IMG/VR virus record: IMGVR_UViG_3300042473_001265
Coordinates: 124,001 to 188,000 of that record
Reading direction: 5' to 3' (one strand)
Length of the DNA stretch: 64,000 bases
The notes under the pieces were generated by a model. It worked only from the letters and a program-made list of their open reading frames with translations. It did no database searches and was not told the DNA's origin. Positions 41,201-48,945 of this stretch are shown in pieces. A program made the translations under genes and the position numbers. Each line of letters begins with the position of its first letter. Within the stretch, counting starts at the first letter, position 1.

Positions 41201-43726
41201 ACTAGGGTATGTTGTTTGATTACTAAAACTCACACCGGCAGAATCAAATACATCAAACAACGGTGCTTGGTTGGTGGCAGTTTTTTCTTGTGCCAGTATC
41301 CAGTCAACACCATCAAAATAGTAACTTAATCCTTGCTGTGTCAATCCGTTTAAGGCAACTACTGTTTGGTTAACCAGCACAGTAGAATCAGCAGCAGGAA
41401 CTAAATTTATTATAGGCTGGTTAATCAAAGGATTAACAGTGTCTGGTTCAATAAATGTTACTTCGTATATTTTATTTCGAACTTGTAAATCTGAATCATT
41501 TGCAAATATAACACGACTGCCATTGATAAATGTGTATCCGTCGGTGCTGTAGCCAATTGTGCCGTTGATGGTGCTGAGTGCATCAGTTGCGTTAAAGTCA
41601 ACAATATCAACTGGTTGTTTGCCTTCGGTGCCAAACTCAAATAATTTAGTACCAGCAATGAATTCTATCACTGGTCGTTTGGCTCTGTAGTTGTTGTCTA
41701 GAACTGCTGTGGTATTATTGTATGCCGCGCTGGCGTTGACAACATCAACATGAAACCAACGATTAGATCGCGACCACGCATTCAGGTCTGGGCTTGCACG
41801 GTTAATTGTCAAATAATCTGGAATCAGTGGAGCATTATCTGTGGCATCATAGTTGCCAATGTCATACCCAACACTGTCAAAAGGAACACTGGAGCTTTGA
41901 GTGTATGTTTCAGGAGTTACAAAACTAGCAACAGCTAACAATTTAATTGCTGTTCCTACTCCTTCAACATAGTATTCTTGGTTTTCGTAACTGGCTGGAA
42001 ATGTGGTTCCGCGGAATTGAACTTTGAGACCATTGGTGAATACTACACCATTGGGACTGGTGTAGGACGGTTGGCCAATGATATCTTCGACGAAGATTGT
42101 ACTGGCTTGGTCTTGATTGATCAAACGAATTTGACCAAATATTTCTGGATCTGTGCCGTCTTGGTAATACAACACATCTTTAATTGCTGTCAGTAACGGA
42201 ATTTGTTCAAATATTCCGTCGGCATTTTTATACCATTCGGTACTGGAATATTGTGTTCCAAACAACACATTAAATTTTTCTAAATTTTCAACTGACAACA
42301 CACTGTTCAACTGCATGTATTGCTGACCACCGGTGGTAGTGATATATTCAATTTGCCATATGCTGTAGCGTTGTGCTTGAGTCAGCGGAGTTGCTTGTGC
42401 AAATGGAATGCTGTCAAAACTGCCGGCGCCGGACTGAACATTGCCCACATTGGGCAACGGATCAAATTGCGAAGTAACTTCCCAGCCGCCTTGATCAGCA
42501 CTGGCATTGTTGACGAATGCAACTGTGCGACCATTTAAATTGGTAATGCCGTCAATGCCGGTGGGATTCTGTGTGAAGAATTCAGCTAAGAACTGATTGT
42601 TGATTTGTTCAAACGTCAGGCTGGTTATTAAATCAACTGATCCAATACTGGGCAATGTGTAATAAAAACTCTGTGCTGTGGCCAGTGGTACATTGAATTG
42701 CACTGCGCCCAAGTCTTCGCCGTTGTTGAATACTCCCAACACATCTCTGCTGCTGATGTTTGGTGCCCAGGGTAGTGTTCCTGAAACACCAGGTGTCATT
42801 TGAATCCAAAATCCTGGACCAGTGCCTGGAGTTCCGTCCACAATGGTAAATGTTCCTTGCATGTTGAACTGCGTTTCGCTGGCATAATATAAATTATCTG
42901 GCGCATCTTGCGGCACAGTAAATGTAATGTTGCCGGTTTGTGACCCGTTGCGACTGACACCTGTGTTGTATTGATTGCCAGTGCCCTGAGTCGGAGCAGT
43001 TTTGATCCAGAACGGCGACGCTGTATCAAGATTTAAATTGAATACATAGGTGTTGCCGCGAACCAGAGTCAATGCAGGATTTGGAACATAATCAATCACA
43101 TACGCAGATATGCCGCTGCTGGTAACGCGGAAATTGACTGATTCTTTTTGATTTTGTGCTACATTAAATGTGTAGTTGCCTCCGCGCACCAGAGTGATTG
43201 AAGGATTATTTGTGGGGTAATTAGAAAAAGTATATACACCATTTTCTCGTGTAACTGTGTAATCAGCCATTAACGGAATAGCAGTGGCACCAACATCCAC
43301 ATTGTCTGGACCAGCTGGCAACCAATAATATTGACTGAAGTTTACAAACTTGTCAAAGTCAAGTTGAGGATTCCAAGTATAGTATTCGCTGGTGTAGAGT
43401 CTATCGCTGTTGTCAGTAAACGATCCTTGTGTGGACAATGCATCACTGATGCCAGGATATGTAATAGCGTCTTCAACTGAGTCGCTATCAGGTTTCAGCA
43501 TGATGACACCCGGCTCCAACTGATAGTTTGTGCGAGTTGCAGTGGGTTCCACTACATAACGATTGTCAGCATTGACTCCGGGTCCAACACGACGACCAAC
43601 AAACCCTTGTGTCTTTTTAAACTGGGGTTCTTGAACCAGTTGGTCCAGAGTAGCAGCTAAAAATTGCTTGTTGGTAGATGTCTGAAATATTTCAGGTAAG
43701 AAATCTACTGTTCTCACTTTTGCCAT
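29279..43726 (-). CDS. Giant (4815 aa) baseplate/tail structural protein with FG-GAP-like propeller repeats and Ig/ubiquitin-like repeats
   Basis: Uninterrupted ORF TAATG-coupled to gp6-like gene; FGxSVA..VxGAP repeats; DYT repeats; VKPYHT motif. Confidence 0.75.
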   Translation of the reverse strand: MAKVRTVDFLPEIFQTSTNKQFLAATLDQLVQEPQFKKTQGFVGRRVGPGVNADNRYVVEPTATRTNYQLEPGVIMLKPDSDSVEDAITYPGISDALSTQGSFTDNSDRLYTSEYYTWNPQLDFDKFVNFSQYYWLPAGPDNVDVGATAIPLMADYTVTRENGVYTFSNYPTNNPSITLVRGGNYTFNVAQNQKESVNFRVTSSGISAYVIDYVPNPALTLVRGNTYVFNLNLDTASPFWIKTAPTQGTGNQYNTGVSRNGSQTGNITFTVPQDAPDNLYYASETQFNMQGTFTIVDGTPGTGPGFWIQMTPGVSGTLPWAPNISSRDVLGVFNNGEDLGAVQFNVPLATAQSFYYTLPSIGSVDLITSLTFEQINNQFLAEFFTQNPTGIDGITNLNGRTVAFVNNASADQGGWEVTSQFDPLPNVGNVQSGAGSFDSIPFAQATPLTQAQRYSIWQIEYITTTGGQQYMQLNSVLSVENLEKFNVLFGTQYSSTEWYKNADGIFEQIPLLTAIKDVLYYQDGTDPEIFGQIRLINQDQASTIFVEDIIGQPSYTSPNGVVFTNGLKVQFRGTTFPASYENQEYYVEGVGTAIKLLAVASFVTPETYTQSSSVPFDSVGYDIGNYDATDNAPLIPDYLTINRASPDLNAWSRSNRWFHVDVVNASAAYNNTTAVLDNNYRAKRPVIEFIAGTKLFEFGTEGKQPVDIVDFNATDALSTINGTIGYSTDGYTFINGSRVIFANDSDLQVRNKIYEVTFIEPDTVNPLINQPIINLVPAADSTVLVNQTVVALNGLTQQGLSYYFDGVDWILAQEKTATNQAPLFDVFDSAGVSFSNQTTYPSSTFVGSKLFSYAIGNGTADPVLGFPVRYLSLTNIGDIVFDNNLYTDTFNYVTGTSGVVGNVSDGFVYQYSDRVLYTRKIGWDVAATPSQIRQQFQFTYNGTPLQLDIVVPVNTTVPAIMLYVADEFVLPQDYTVTINATTTIITLNKIYVPGSVIEVQVLSDQVSATGFYEVPINLENNPLNANSDVFTLGTVRTHYESIAENLIGFVGKINGANNTRDLGNIGRYGTTILQQSSPMTLAGFFMREPNYNIFKSLEFNDREYNKFKNRMLAAAIQSEWGTFTTSQILDSIITDLSLGKTNINSFFYSDMIPHGSVYTEIIHTVTPITSGVFDTVQTYTFTSANFLGLLVYLNGNLLTLNYDYTVATDGPRIDVTVPLAVGDQVTVREYATTTGSFVPNTPTKMGLYAAYKPQMYLDINYVNPTVVIRGHDGSVTVAFGDLRDDILLEFERRIFNNLKTQDNPVPLVADDVIPGYFRTTDYTAAEITTILGESFLTWCGQNKIDYKTQQYINTNAFTYNYSQAGDKQFNLPLLGAWRGIYRNFYDTLSPSTTPWEMLGFSQQPVWWTNRYGPVPYTGDNLVLWDDIQAGYVADPVAPYIIPKYQRPNLSTFFIPTGSEGALLPPLDSVVGAYDPNAFRKSWVVGDGGPAEAAWWTSSSYPFAVMRLLALTCPAKFFSLFADRDLYKYDADLEQYLYNGRYRLDANGVQVYGGHVDRVAGTVTPVSKASYINWIVDYNQQLGINSTDALEQALASLDVRLCWRTASFTDKQYLKVYTERSSPDSQNSSLLLPDESYNLLLYKNVPFSSFAYSAVIVQAVATGYAVLGYSTVDPYFNILASRANGQLQTVSAGGSTVRVPKQYSTDIVQVPYGFVFTNQSSVVDFLLSYGQYLTGQGLIFGEDRENGYPLDWQQMAREFLYWANQGWGVNSLINLNPAATQLVAERPGAVIDNVMMQNIENIMLDQNRQPFDARNLIIERLENRFSVTSATGQAIAYANLRYTSYENLVILDNVSIFADLIYNPTTSARQNRVNVIAMTTTEWDGTLNAQGFVLNQDNVQDWVPNRRYAKGEIVNYKNTYWSAQIIVQPKREFAYADWVKSDYTKIQKGLLPNLANKADQLANSYNTQTANLERDNDLLSYGLIGFQPREYMVALNLDDTSQVNLYKQFIGTKGTVLSAEIFTGANLGKEVADYQIYENWAVLRGTYGANANRSFFELQLNEALLQSDPATVQIIEVGESSVANQTVLLNNVWRESYKLPSTDILPTTTTTVTDTALPTAGYVNINDVDITVFSLDDPSSIAADLDNIGNGTRIWVAKTNSYDWNVYRATQTPGRITRVSDNLNGTSLVTFTAVHDLTRGDILIVRFFNESFNGVYRVLTAPTPTTLTVAYAFTGNQIVATGNGLAFYLDTMRVAQASDVGLLSYANDLVPGALAWVDNNGAQLWEVLEKQDVFTDNHTLVQHLPIENTAYGTSVAQAYDNLAALVGAPTFYNDATATVTGVIYPYVRGADALYVDDNLLYLTAPETLGFGNDIAFGNQTWAVAGASLSASGVGYASIINRNPSDSRFTQPQLLVAPDYDTSAGSFGTSVAISKDERIVYIGAPDENAVYAYGRVDVAAQSVTYIADGINQQYQYSGAVKIDYTNPNQLVVVVNNTAQSEGVDYVLSNTAVLFAATPDAGSVIVIARRQSIQLDNQVYYGVTQDSTSGSGSQATFTVDRTRGDYAVSLTAPGLDYAIGDTLTINAATIGGGTSPANDLVITVNTVTVGGIVTFTPVGSGIDNDDSFDLSEYLYTATDIDSFLLEVNGFAQRPYIDYTFAGTTVTFEPAAIPPADAIIFASARTYFKYIDKIDGPANSVNFGHSVASATDGRQVVIGAPTSLVSSLESGSTYVYDRSVLRYQVGIGETATTTFALPAGWQAPVSVLINNVFLTNAEFAVDGGFNVVGNDVVLTSAVTLAVGDIIEIESNIFNTVQQIVITSDWDSLNQTADNAPIYQAQFGWDVDLCPNNCSIYIGAPQNTNNDSGAVQRNVNQARVYGIISSPVANPVLTAGNTVRVNDYQVAVPAAPNNTVAGLAAAINSANNGIGIPNATATVSDDLYFVADGIVKTFDIGVTYSQFDSYNTVVYLGTTLQTLNVDYTYNNTKGTIAFITAPADKTVIRVVTGVLTLSVINAAAATSNAKLNVLPGLTGSAFTDIGFVNYPYTQTITSPNPSQFARFGSSLFIDSTALTLVVGAPNGNMYKPVTFDNNTTYFDDRSTVFSTTIVQSGVAYTFDYLPSSTDSVNNPGKFVFGQQLYNDATKELDGYGTGLSYITGKLLVGAPGNDLEDSQFANFGQVVVFDNPDRTPAWTVKHLQTPVVDVALLNSVYMYDKLESQVTSYLDFFDPLQGKILGIAQENIDYVGAVDPANYNNGPIRNVGNPWAGARVGQIWWDTNSVRFIDPNQDDIVYASRRWGQTFPGSRIDIYQWVESEVQPANYTGPGTPLSFLSYTTRAELNSENVFATRYYFWVRNISTVNTVAGKKLSTTAIANYIQFPRASGIAYLAPLNASTVAIYNVLDLISAQDTILHVEYDRLANDDNVHQEYELIAADRADSFLSGNLYLKLQDSFSGINITGASVPDPGLSPAMRYGVEFRPRQSMFADRFGALQNYLGRANTVLAQYPITETKSFTLLNSREPEPAANSGAWNKRVANLSELGYQNLIIVPLGYRYLVATDTNNSGFWTIYEVVSGSAPGSRELTLIRVQNYDTRRYWSYIDWYLPGYNKTVNPVTSVLNYSGLSGVTLKIAPVGASVEVTNAATTGKFEIYQRTDLGWDRVGLEDGTIEFSRSLWDYAAGNFGFDVEVFDSQYFDQEPVIETRKIIQAINEQLFIDELLIERNRALILTFEYVMSEFASPDWLIKTSLIDVDHKIRNLLPYQFYNRDNQDFVLNYIQEVKPYHTQIREFNLSYNGNDAYPGLMTDFDLPAFWDATLTVPQFISPVLLPYTQSTANSNTNFNADTAADSTLWAKTPWDEWYANYTLSIQAVVITNGGVGYTVAPSITVTGDCVEQAEMTAIINGAGQVSGITIDNYGSGYTTTAIITFVGGNGTGAAAAVTMGNDLIRQITTRIKYDRYEYSSTIVEWQAGVNYDNGTQVRYLNRVWEAAADDSTGIQSNTFDPADWVIVNPGLLSGVDRTMGFYTPTVNEPGLSLPLLIDGVEYPGVQMFGVGYDQYPGFDIAPFDTTPFDNLTYGPEGRPTYDQTILDAIYQSPYNDPYLGTLATSINADGGAYIDTYSSHAPEELVPGSEFDTLDLRVYTTPGADWARDGHGFRIEVKKYTVTAVPETFDFASVDPVPATLLVENQTTGLLMHPVTDYTVDWVAQTVTVINGVDVDDVIVISLFEIGGGNQLLKRPYNGDEVTPEPIGSSLVVPVQYSLIDEFVIFVNGSLITNYTYIQAGTSTKLLFSNLYTSADYLMIAAIGPTTIDDTEINYSWSVPVTQYIAGISNQYLYTLTNSMEYTNPDNVYVTIDGRRVRTAAGAQYYADGTSEYLLPQRLGFDQSIIADNEVRVYVDDIPQILNIDFIVEPYDPDTPRAVIFDVTPTDGEKILICVTTDAQAVVTGDQILFNQYGGFVPTDGQIIAVTSWNDTRQQDILTQVYVGPGARVTPDGTEPFDSTDFDVGTVVGAPGSFDYSPPQQVSLNNLFLDHLNTDPDRLFVTLNGVLLFNNVSYTLVNDEIVLAGGYILSPTDVVMITQFTNSIAPLAMAFRIFQDMRGVQATYRITTATTTYLTQALSADADTIYVYNAAALDEPNLANNIWGLLTVNGERIMYRNRNLVTNTVSGLRRGTAGTGAASHAVNADVYNIGRGNLLQPEYQNYIVSNITNPLISGVNIGDGVTTSFVAALIDVSSEDSTVYNEAIEVYIGGTLQLGGYTVTNENPVTVLFDTAPAAGSEVTILVRRGVTWYAPGAGTPSNGVALQDTNTVAARFLRGE

Positions 43727-46700
43727 TAAATTACTCCGCTGCCTGGGGCAGTTCTAAGGTTGGTACTGGTTAATGCTTCGATCACCACAATGTCGGCCAC
43801 AGTGGCTGCATTGACAAAAATTTCATTGGGTGCGGATCTGATCTCATATAGATCACCAAAACTCTTTTGTGGATTTATCGGAACCAATACCACTGAACTC
43901 ACTATATCGCCCAACTGTTGATGCAGGTAGGCCGATAGTTCTGAAAAGTAGAATGTATCACCAAAATCCCAATTTGCAATTGCAAAGTATGCGTCTAAGT
44001 TGGCAACCACATTGCTTTTGATTTCACTGACTGATGCAGTTGAGTTACTGGCGCGAATAACTTTGATAGTTGCTCGCAACTGTTCTGCTGCCTTGGCGCC
44101 AAACAGCGGTTTGAACTGCACAGGGTTCACAATTACATTGTCAGAAATCATTTTATAATTTTGTAATCCTGCATACTCTGTACTTAGCGCATCAATTGTG
44201 GGTGGTACAGGTGCTGGTATTGTGTTGGTAGAATCCACAATGTAATTTCTATAAGCAGTATAGTAATCTTGTGTGACCACATACAAATCAATAATGTTTG
44301 TTGAGCCCGGATCAATGCGATTGGTCAAAGAGCTATTGTGGCGATATTGATAATATAAATCTTGGCGTCCCACACGACTTTCGTAGTCATTGGTCACTAC
44401 CAGCGAAGTTGTGCCAGTTGTGTTCAATGATAAAATATAAAATACTTGATCAGTATAAGCATAAAACACTTGACCAACAATGTACTGTGATTTTTCTAAG
44501 GTAATGTCATCTAGTGTTGCGTACTGATCGTTTACTATGCCAGAATCCACCAGCACATAGCGTTCAAGATTGTCAAAGTCCACAATCCGTTGAAAGAATA
44601 CCAATTTGGTATCAGGGTTGACTGCTGGCGCAACAATTTCGTCAAAAAAGTCTGGATTGTCGGGTACACCGTCGGCATCTCTGTCTTGCCAAGATACCAG
44701 CACTTGATAATCATCTACATACCCGTCGGGCTGCACAGGCTGGCCAATGATACGCATTGAAATGTCGCTGTCAAGTGGCAAATTAGAATCAGGACGACTG
44801 TTTGTTTTCAGTACTCTTACAAAGTCACGAATGACTGTGCCTGTGCGGCTGTCATAGATTTGTTCGTCGCCGTAAAAAAAGAATCGTGTTTCAAGTACAC
44901 TGCCAAAATAATAATTCAATGCTCTAGTGGTCACTTGGTATGATTCACCGTTGGTAACAAATTGTACTACCCAGCTGGCATCTAAATTTGCGCCTGAGGT
45001 GTCACCGGCATAGGTTTCACTCCAAGTGGCATCCACTGCAAGATTACTGGCAGTAATCACATACCATGTGTTGGTCAAGTTATTGTAGCCAAGACCAAAA
45101 TTGCGATACAATTCAATTTGAGCCAGAGCACTTTGTCTGACAGTTGTGCCTAGATCAGTCAAGAACAGCGGAATTACTTCAACACATTGAGAGTTGGTGG
45201 GCACATAGTTGTTGAGTACCACTGGACCTAATCCATTGGTAAAATTACCTAACCCTTGATTTGTTCCTTCAAGATATACCGCTGTGGCCGATGCCCATAT
45301 GGTTAATTTTTCGTCGGCTCTGGTAGGAGTGCCCAATACCAGTCTATTGTTGGCATCAAAGTAATAGCCAGCTGGCGCTCTAAATTTGATCAAGCTGCCA
45401 ACTTGAACATATTTCATATTGTTACTGGAGTACGATCCTATGGAAACAGGAAAACCGGCGGCATTTTTAAAATAACCAGTGGTTTCGTTTGCCAGTGTCG
45501 TGCTCTGGTTCCAACTCACTGCCAATGGTATCAGCGACGGTCTTGGATAGTTTGCATAGTAAAATTGTGTTGTGGCTGCGTTTGCCAATATTGGTTCAAC
45601 ACGATTGGTCAATGTATCGCTGATGTCATTGGTTGTTAACCAACTGAATAAAAATGTTGGCAATTCATTTGATTTATACAATGCACCATCGCTGCCAAAT
45701 GTGTTGGTGCTGCTGTACTTGCCAGTGTTGTCAACTAAATCAAGATATCGACTGGTGCCAATTGAAGCACGGTTCAGTGCTTTGGATTTGATAATTGAAT
45801 TGTACTGAGTGAACGGGAAGTTGTTGTAGTCTTCACCATTGACCATGCGATTTTGTGTGTAGTAGCGGGCCGGAGCTCGTTGCTTGATTTCGTCAATGCT
45901 TTCACGAGCAAGAGAATTACTCACTGGCTCTGTAATACCACAGGTAACTGTCAATGTTTCATTCTGTCCAGTGCGACTGATGTAAGCAATGCTCAGTATC
46001 ACACTTTGCATTTCTTCTGGGTTGATGATGTATTGCAAACCATTTGATGCGCGAACATATGCACGGAAAAATCCCACTGGAATTTCTGAAAATACACCGT
46101 CGCCAAAGTTCAATGTGATTTGGTCGCTGGCTCTGCTGGTAACTGAATACAATGGTCGTAGCCCGTTTTGTTGTTCAGCCGCGGCTGTGTACACACTTTC
46201 AACAAACTCCCATTCACGAGCGATGTTGCCCACATTGTCCAATTGATATAACCAGCGGTCGGTGTTGTTGACACCTTCGATATTGATATTGACTGCACGG
46301 TTGGCAATGCGTTCGGCCAAATTAAAATCTTGATTTTGCAGCACACCCTGTTTGAATAGGAAGAAGAATCCAGTATTGGCTGATGCAAACCCCAGTTGGT
46401 CGTTGCGGAACAGCATGCCAAATTGTCCGTTGGGAACTGGGCTTGGTTCATACACATATTCAACGCCGGTTGGTAGTCCACTGGCAGTGGCGCTGACAGC
46501 TTCAAATGGCATGTTGACGCCATCTACCACTGCGCTGTAAGGCAGCACTGGCAGAAAACCTGGAACTAAATTAACTGTATATTCATCAGTGCGAACACCC
46601 TGAATTGTGGTTCTATTGCCGGGACGACCAACTCGCTGAGTGTTTATCAATGAAGAATTTATAATGGCGTTGAACTGTTCTTGCCAATCAAAATTTGTAG

Positions 46701-47139
46701 GGTCAGCCCAGTTGACAGTGATGTTGGCCAGGTTGATGCCGTTGTAGTCCACAACATTTTCTGTTGTTTGTATAGAAAACACCTTGAGATATCCATTGGC
46801 TTCGGTGTTGCGTTTGGGTGTGTAGCTTACCAAATTGGCCAGGCGGACCACACTGTCGCGGCGTTCAGCAGTGTCTAGATAATTTTCACGAGTGTTTAAA
46901 TCTGTGCGGAAGGCCAATGACTGACCCATAAATGCCATCACATCCAGTATGGCAATAAATTCTGACGACTCAATGTAGTCATTGAATGTTTCCGGGTAGT
47001 ACAGTCGTACATAGTCAACAAAACTCTTGCGCAGAGTTTCAAAGTCATAACTTTGGAAGTCGGCTTCGCGGTAAGTTTGGTAGATTCTTTTCCAATCCTC
47101 AACACCAAATACTGCGGTTTGTCTAGTAGTTTTTGCCAT
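43726..47139 (-). CDS. Baseplate wedge subunit (T4 gp6-like)
   Basis: DFETLRKS..FNDYIESSE..ENYLDTAERRDSVVRLA..SYTPKR; FGDGVF; ESIDEIKQRAP..QNRMVNGEDY. Confidence 0.85.
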   Translation of the reverse strand: MAKTTRQTAVFGVEDWKRIYQTYREADFQSYDFETLRKSFVDYVRLYYPETFNDYIESSEFIAILDVMAFMGQSLAFRTDLNTRENYLDTAERRDSVVRLANLVSYTPKRNTEANGYLKVFSIQTTENVVDYNGINLANITVNWADPTNFDWQEQFNAIINSSLINTQRVGRPGNRTTIQGVRTDEYTVNLVPGFLPVLPYSAVVDGVNMPFEAVSATASGLPTGVEYVYEPSPVPNGQFGMLFRNDQLGFASANTGFFFLFKQGVLQNQDFNLAERIANRAVNINIEGVNNTDRWLYQLDNVGNIAREWEFVESVYTAAAEQQNGLRPLYSVTSRASDQITLNFGDGVFSEIPVGFFRAYVRASNGLQYIINPEEMQSVILSIAYISRTGQNETLTVTCGITEPVSNSLARESIDEIKQRAPARYYTQNRMVNGEDYNNFPFTQYNSIIKSKALNRASIGTSRYLDLVDNTGKYSSTNTFGSDGALYKSNELPTFLFSWLTTNDISDTLTNRVEPILANAATTQFYYANYPRPSLIPLAVSWNQSTTLANETTGYFKNAAGFPVSIGSYSSNNMKYVQVGSLIKFRAPAGYYFDANNRLVLGTPTRADEKLTIWASATAVYLEGTNQGLGNFTNGLGPVVLNNYVPTNSQCVEVIPLFLTDLGTTVRQSALAQIELYRNFGLGYNNLTNTWYVITASNLAVDATWSETYAGDTSGANLDASWVVQFVTNGESYQVTTRALNYYFGSVLETRFFFYGDEQIYDSRTGTVIRDFVRVLKTNSRPDSNLPLDSDISMRIIGQPVQPDGYVDDYQVLVSWQDRDADGVPDNPDFFDEIVAPAVNPDTKLVFFQRIVDFDNLERYVLVDSGIVNDQYATLDDITLEKSQYIVGQVFYAYTDQVFYILSLNTTGTTSLVVTNDYESRVGRQDLYYQYRHNSSLTNRIDPGSTNIIDLYVVTQDYYTAYRNYIVDSTNTIPAPVPPTIDALSTEYAGLQNYKMISDNVIVNPVQFKPLFGAKAAEQLRATIKVIRASNSTASVSEIKSNVVANLDAYFAIANWDFGDTFYFSELSAYLHQQLGDIVSSVVLVPINPQKSFGDLYEIRSAPNEIFVNAATVADIVVIEALTSTNLRTAPGSGVI

Positions 47140-47158
47140 AATAATCCATCTTGTAGAT

Positions 47159-47165
47159 TATTTAT
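47159..47165 (-). promoter_or_regulatory. Putative late promoter ATAAATA
   Basis: GTTTATT-N6-ATAAATA, same arrangement as at 56548-56567. Confidence 0.55.
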
Positions 47166-47199
47166 GGAGATAATAAACCACCCAGTTTATGTGTGAGTA

Positions 47200-47574
47200 T
47201 TATGCGTAACTGGCACTGGCGGTTTGTTGATCAAAGTACACGCTTAAAAATTCAGTTGTTTGTCCCGGTACCATCGTCACTTGCAGCTCAACCAATATGC
47301 CGTTTTCTTGCGGAAACATAGCAGCTGACTGTATAAAAATTCTTGGATCTAAACTGGCCACACGCTGTATTTCTGCCAGTATGGCTCGTTCAGTGTCTTG
47401 TGTTTGATTTTCAAATATGTAACTGTATATCAAGGTGCCATAACCTGGACGACCTGGCAGTTGTCCTTGCTGTATATTAAGAGCATTCAGCAGATCGCGC
47501 TTGACCAATTCAAAATCTACCAATGTAAATTTCTTGGTTTGTCCTATTGTGTTGAATCCTACAAATGTTGTCAT
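47200..47574 (-). CDS. Baseplate wedge protein (T4 gp25-like)
   Basis: LVKRDLLNAL..GQLPGRPGYGT..IFE..DPRI; TAAATA 4 nt upstream (47579-47584). Confidence 0.85.
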   Translation of the reverse strand: MTTFVGFNTIGQTKKFTLVDFELVKRDLLNALNIQQGQLPGRPGYGTLIYSYIFENQTQDTERAILAEIQRVASLDPRIFIQSAAMFPQENGILVELQVTMVPGQTTEFLSVYFDQQTASASYA

Positions 47575-47589
47575 ATTGTATTTACTCAG

Positions 47590-48945
47590 TTAGGCTGTCT
47601 GTATTGGAGGCAGTCCCAATCGTTGTCTAATAATTGGGTCGTCACCGGTGTAAGGAGGTGCGTTGGGATCTCCCAAAGAGTTAACAAAAGAGTTGGCATT
47701 TGCGTTGAGTCCAGCAAGGCCACCTGGTATGTTTCCGTTAAGTGCAGCTTTTGCTTGCAGGGCGGCAGCTTCTAATGAAGCAATATCAACGGCCTGTGGA
47801 CTAAAAAGCTGCGCCGGTATTTTACTGCTACCAACCAGTTTACTCACTGCTGAATTCAATGTTGCTCTGTCCACTGTGCCTTTGAATCCAGCTGCTGGAA
47901 TAACACCTGCCACTGCGGCCGGCAATTTGAAATCACTAAAATTAACAGCAAACTGTCCTTGTTTGGCCAACGAATCCATTTGTGGTTTTAATGCTTCTGC
48001 TTTTGCGGCAAAGTCGGCACCGGCACTTTTTAGACTTCCTAAATTGCCAATGGCACCGGTGATGCCGCCGGATTTTGAAAAGCCGCTGACTGAACTTTCG
48101 AAGCCGCTGGCAATGCCTTTGAGGCTACTGGCAACACCTTCCACACTGTTTACATCTAATCCTGTTGAACTGGCTGAACTTTCAATTCCTTTGGCCCAGG
48201 CCGTGGCAGTGCCCACGCCAAATTTGCTAGAATTTGCCAGCAGGCCGCCAAGGTCTGCTATTCCTTTGTTGGATGCAAGGGCAGCACTGGCGCCGCCCAA
48301 TGCATCTGCCCCTGCTTGGGTTATTGCAGGCAGTCCCAGTCGAGCTCTGACAATCGGATCATCGCCGGTGTAGGGCGGTGCGTTGGGATCATTTAATGCA
48401 TTGACTGCCGAATTAATGCTTGCACTGAGTCCGGCAGCACCACCTTTTAAACTGCTGCCAAAACTGCTGCCAATACTGCTGCCAATATTGCCAACACCGT
48501 CGAGGCCGCCGCTCACTGCTGATTTTAAACTGCCGGCCAGTCCGGACAATTTAGATTCCAACGAGGATAATGAATTTTCTAACCCACTGGTGGATAGTTT
48601 ACTCAGCACATCTGGTGCCTTGACCAGCCCAGCAGATGCTGATATTAAATTTTTGCCAAAATTAGCAGCAGCATCATACAGTTGTCCAACTGGTGGAGTT
48701 AAATTAACACCGGGTGTTTTGATTTGACCAGTTTCGACCAATGTATCAAAACTGGATTTCATAAGCCCAAATTGAATTTTATCTTGCAGTGCTGGATTTG
48801 ACAGCAGCGCATTTACTCCAGTAACACCATCTTTGCCGGTCCATACACTGGGACTGTTCAACACACTGATGAAATTGCTTGGGTTGGGTATACCCGTAAA
48901 GGCCGGTAAGTTAGGTAATCCAGGAATATTTGGTAAAGTAGCCAT
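47590..48945 (-). CDS. Tail/baseplate-associated protein (WTGKDG lysozyme-like half-domain plus Gly/Ser/Ala-rich region)
   Basis: Start moved to TAATG-coupled ATG 48945; two PYTGDDP modules. Confidence 0.65.
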   Translation of the reverse strand: MATLPNIPGLPNLPAFTGIPNPSNFISVLNSPSVWTGKDGVTGVNALLSNPALQDKIQFGLMKSSFDTLVETGQIKTPGVNLTPPVGQLYDAAANFGKNLISASAGLVKAPDVLSKLSTSGLENSLSSLESKLSGLAGSLKSAVSGGLDGVGNIGSSIGSSFGSSLKGGAAGLSASINSAVNALNDPNAPPYTGDDPIVRARLGLPAITQAGADALGGASAALASNKGIADLGGLLANSSKFGVGTATAWAKGIESSASSTGLDVNSVEGVASSLKGIASGFESSVSGFSKSGGITGAIGNLGSLKSAGADFAAKAEALKPQMDSLAKQGQFAVNFSDFKLPAAVAGVIPAAGFKGTVDRATLNSAVSKLVGSSKIPAQLFSPQAVDIASLEAAALQAKAALNGNIPGGLAGLNANANSFVNSLGDPNAPPYTGDDPIIRQRLGLPPIQTA

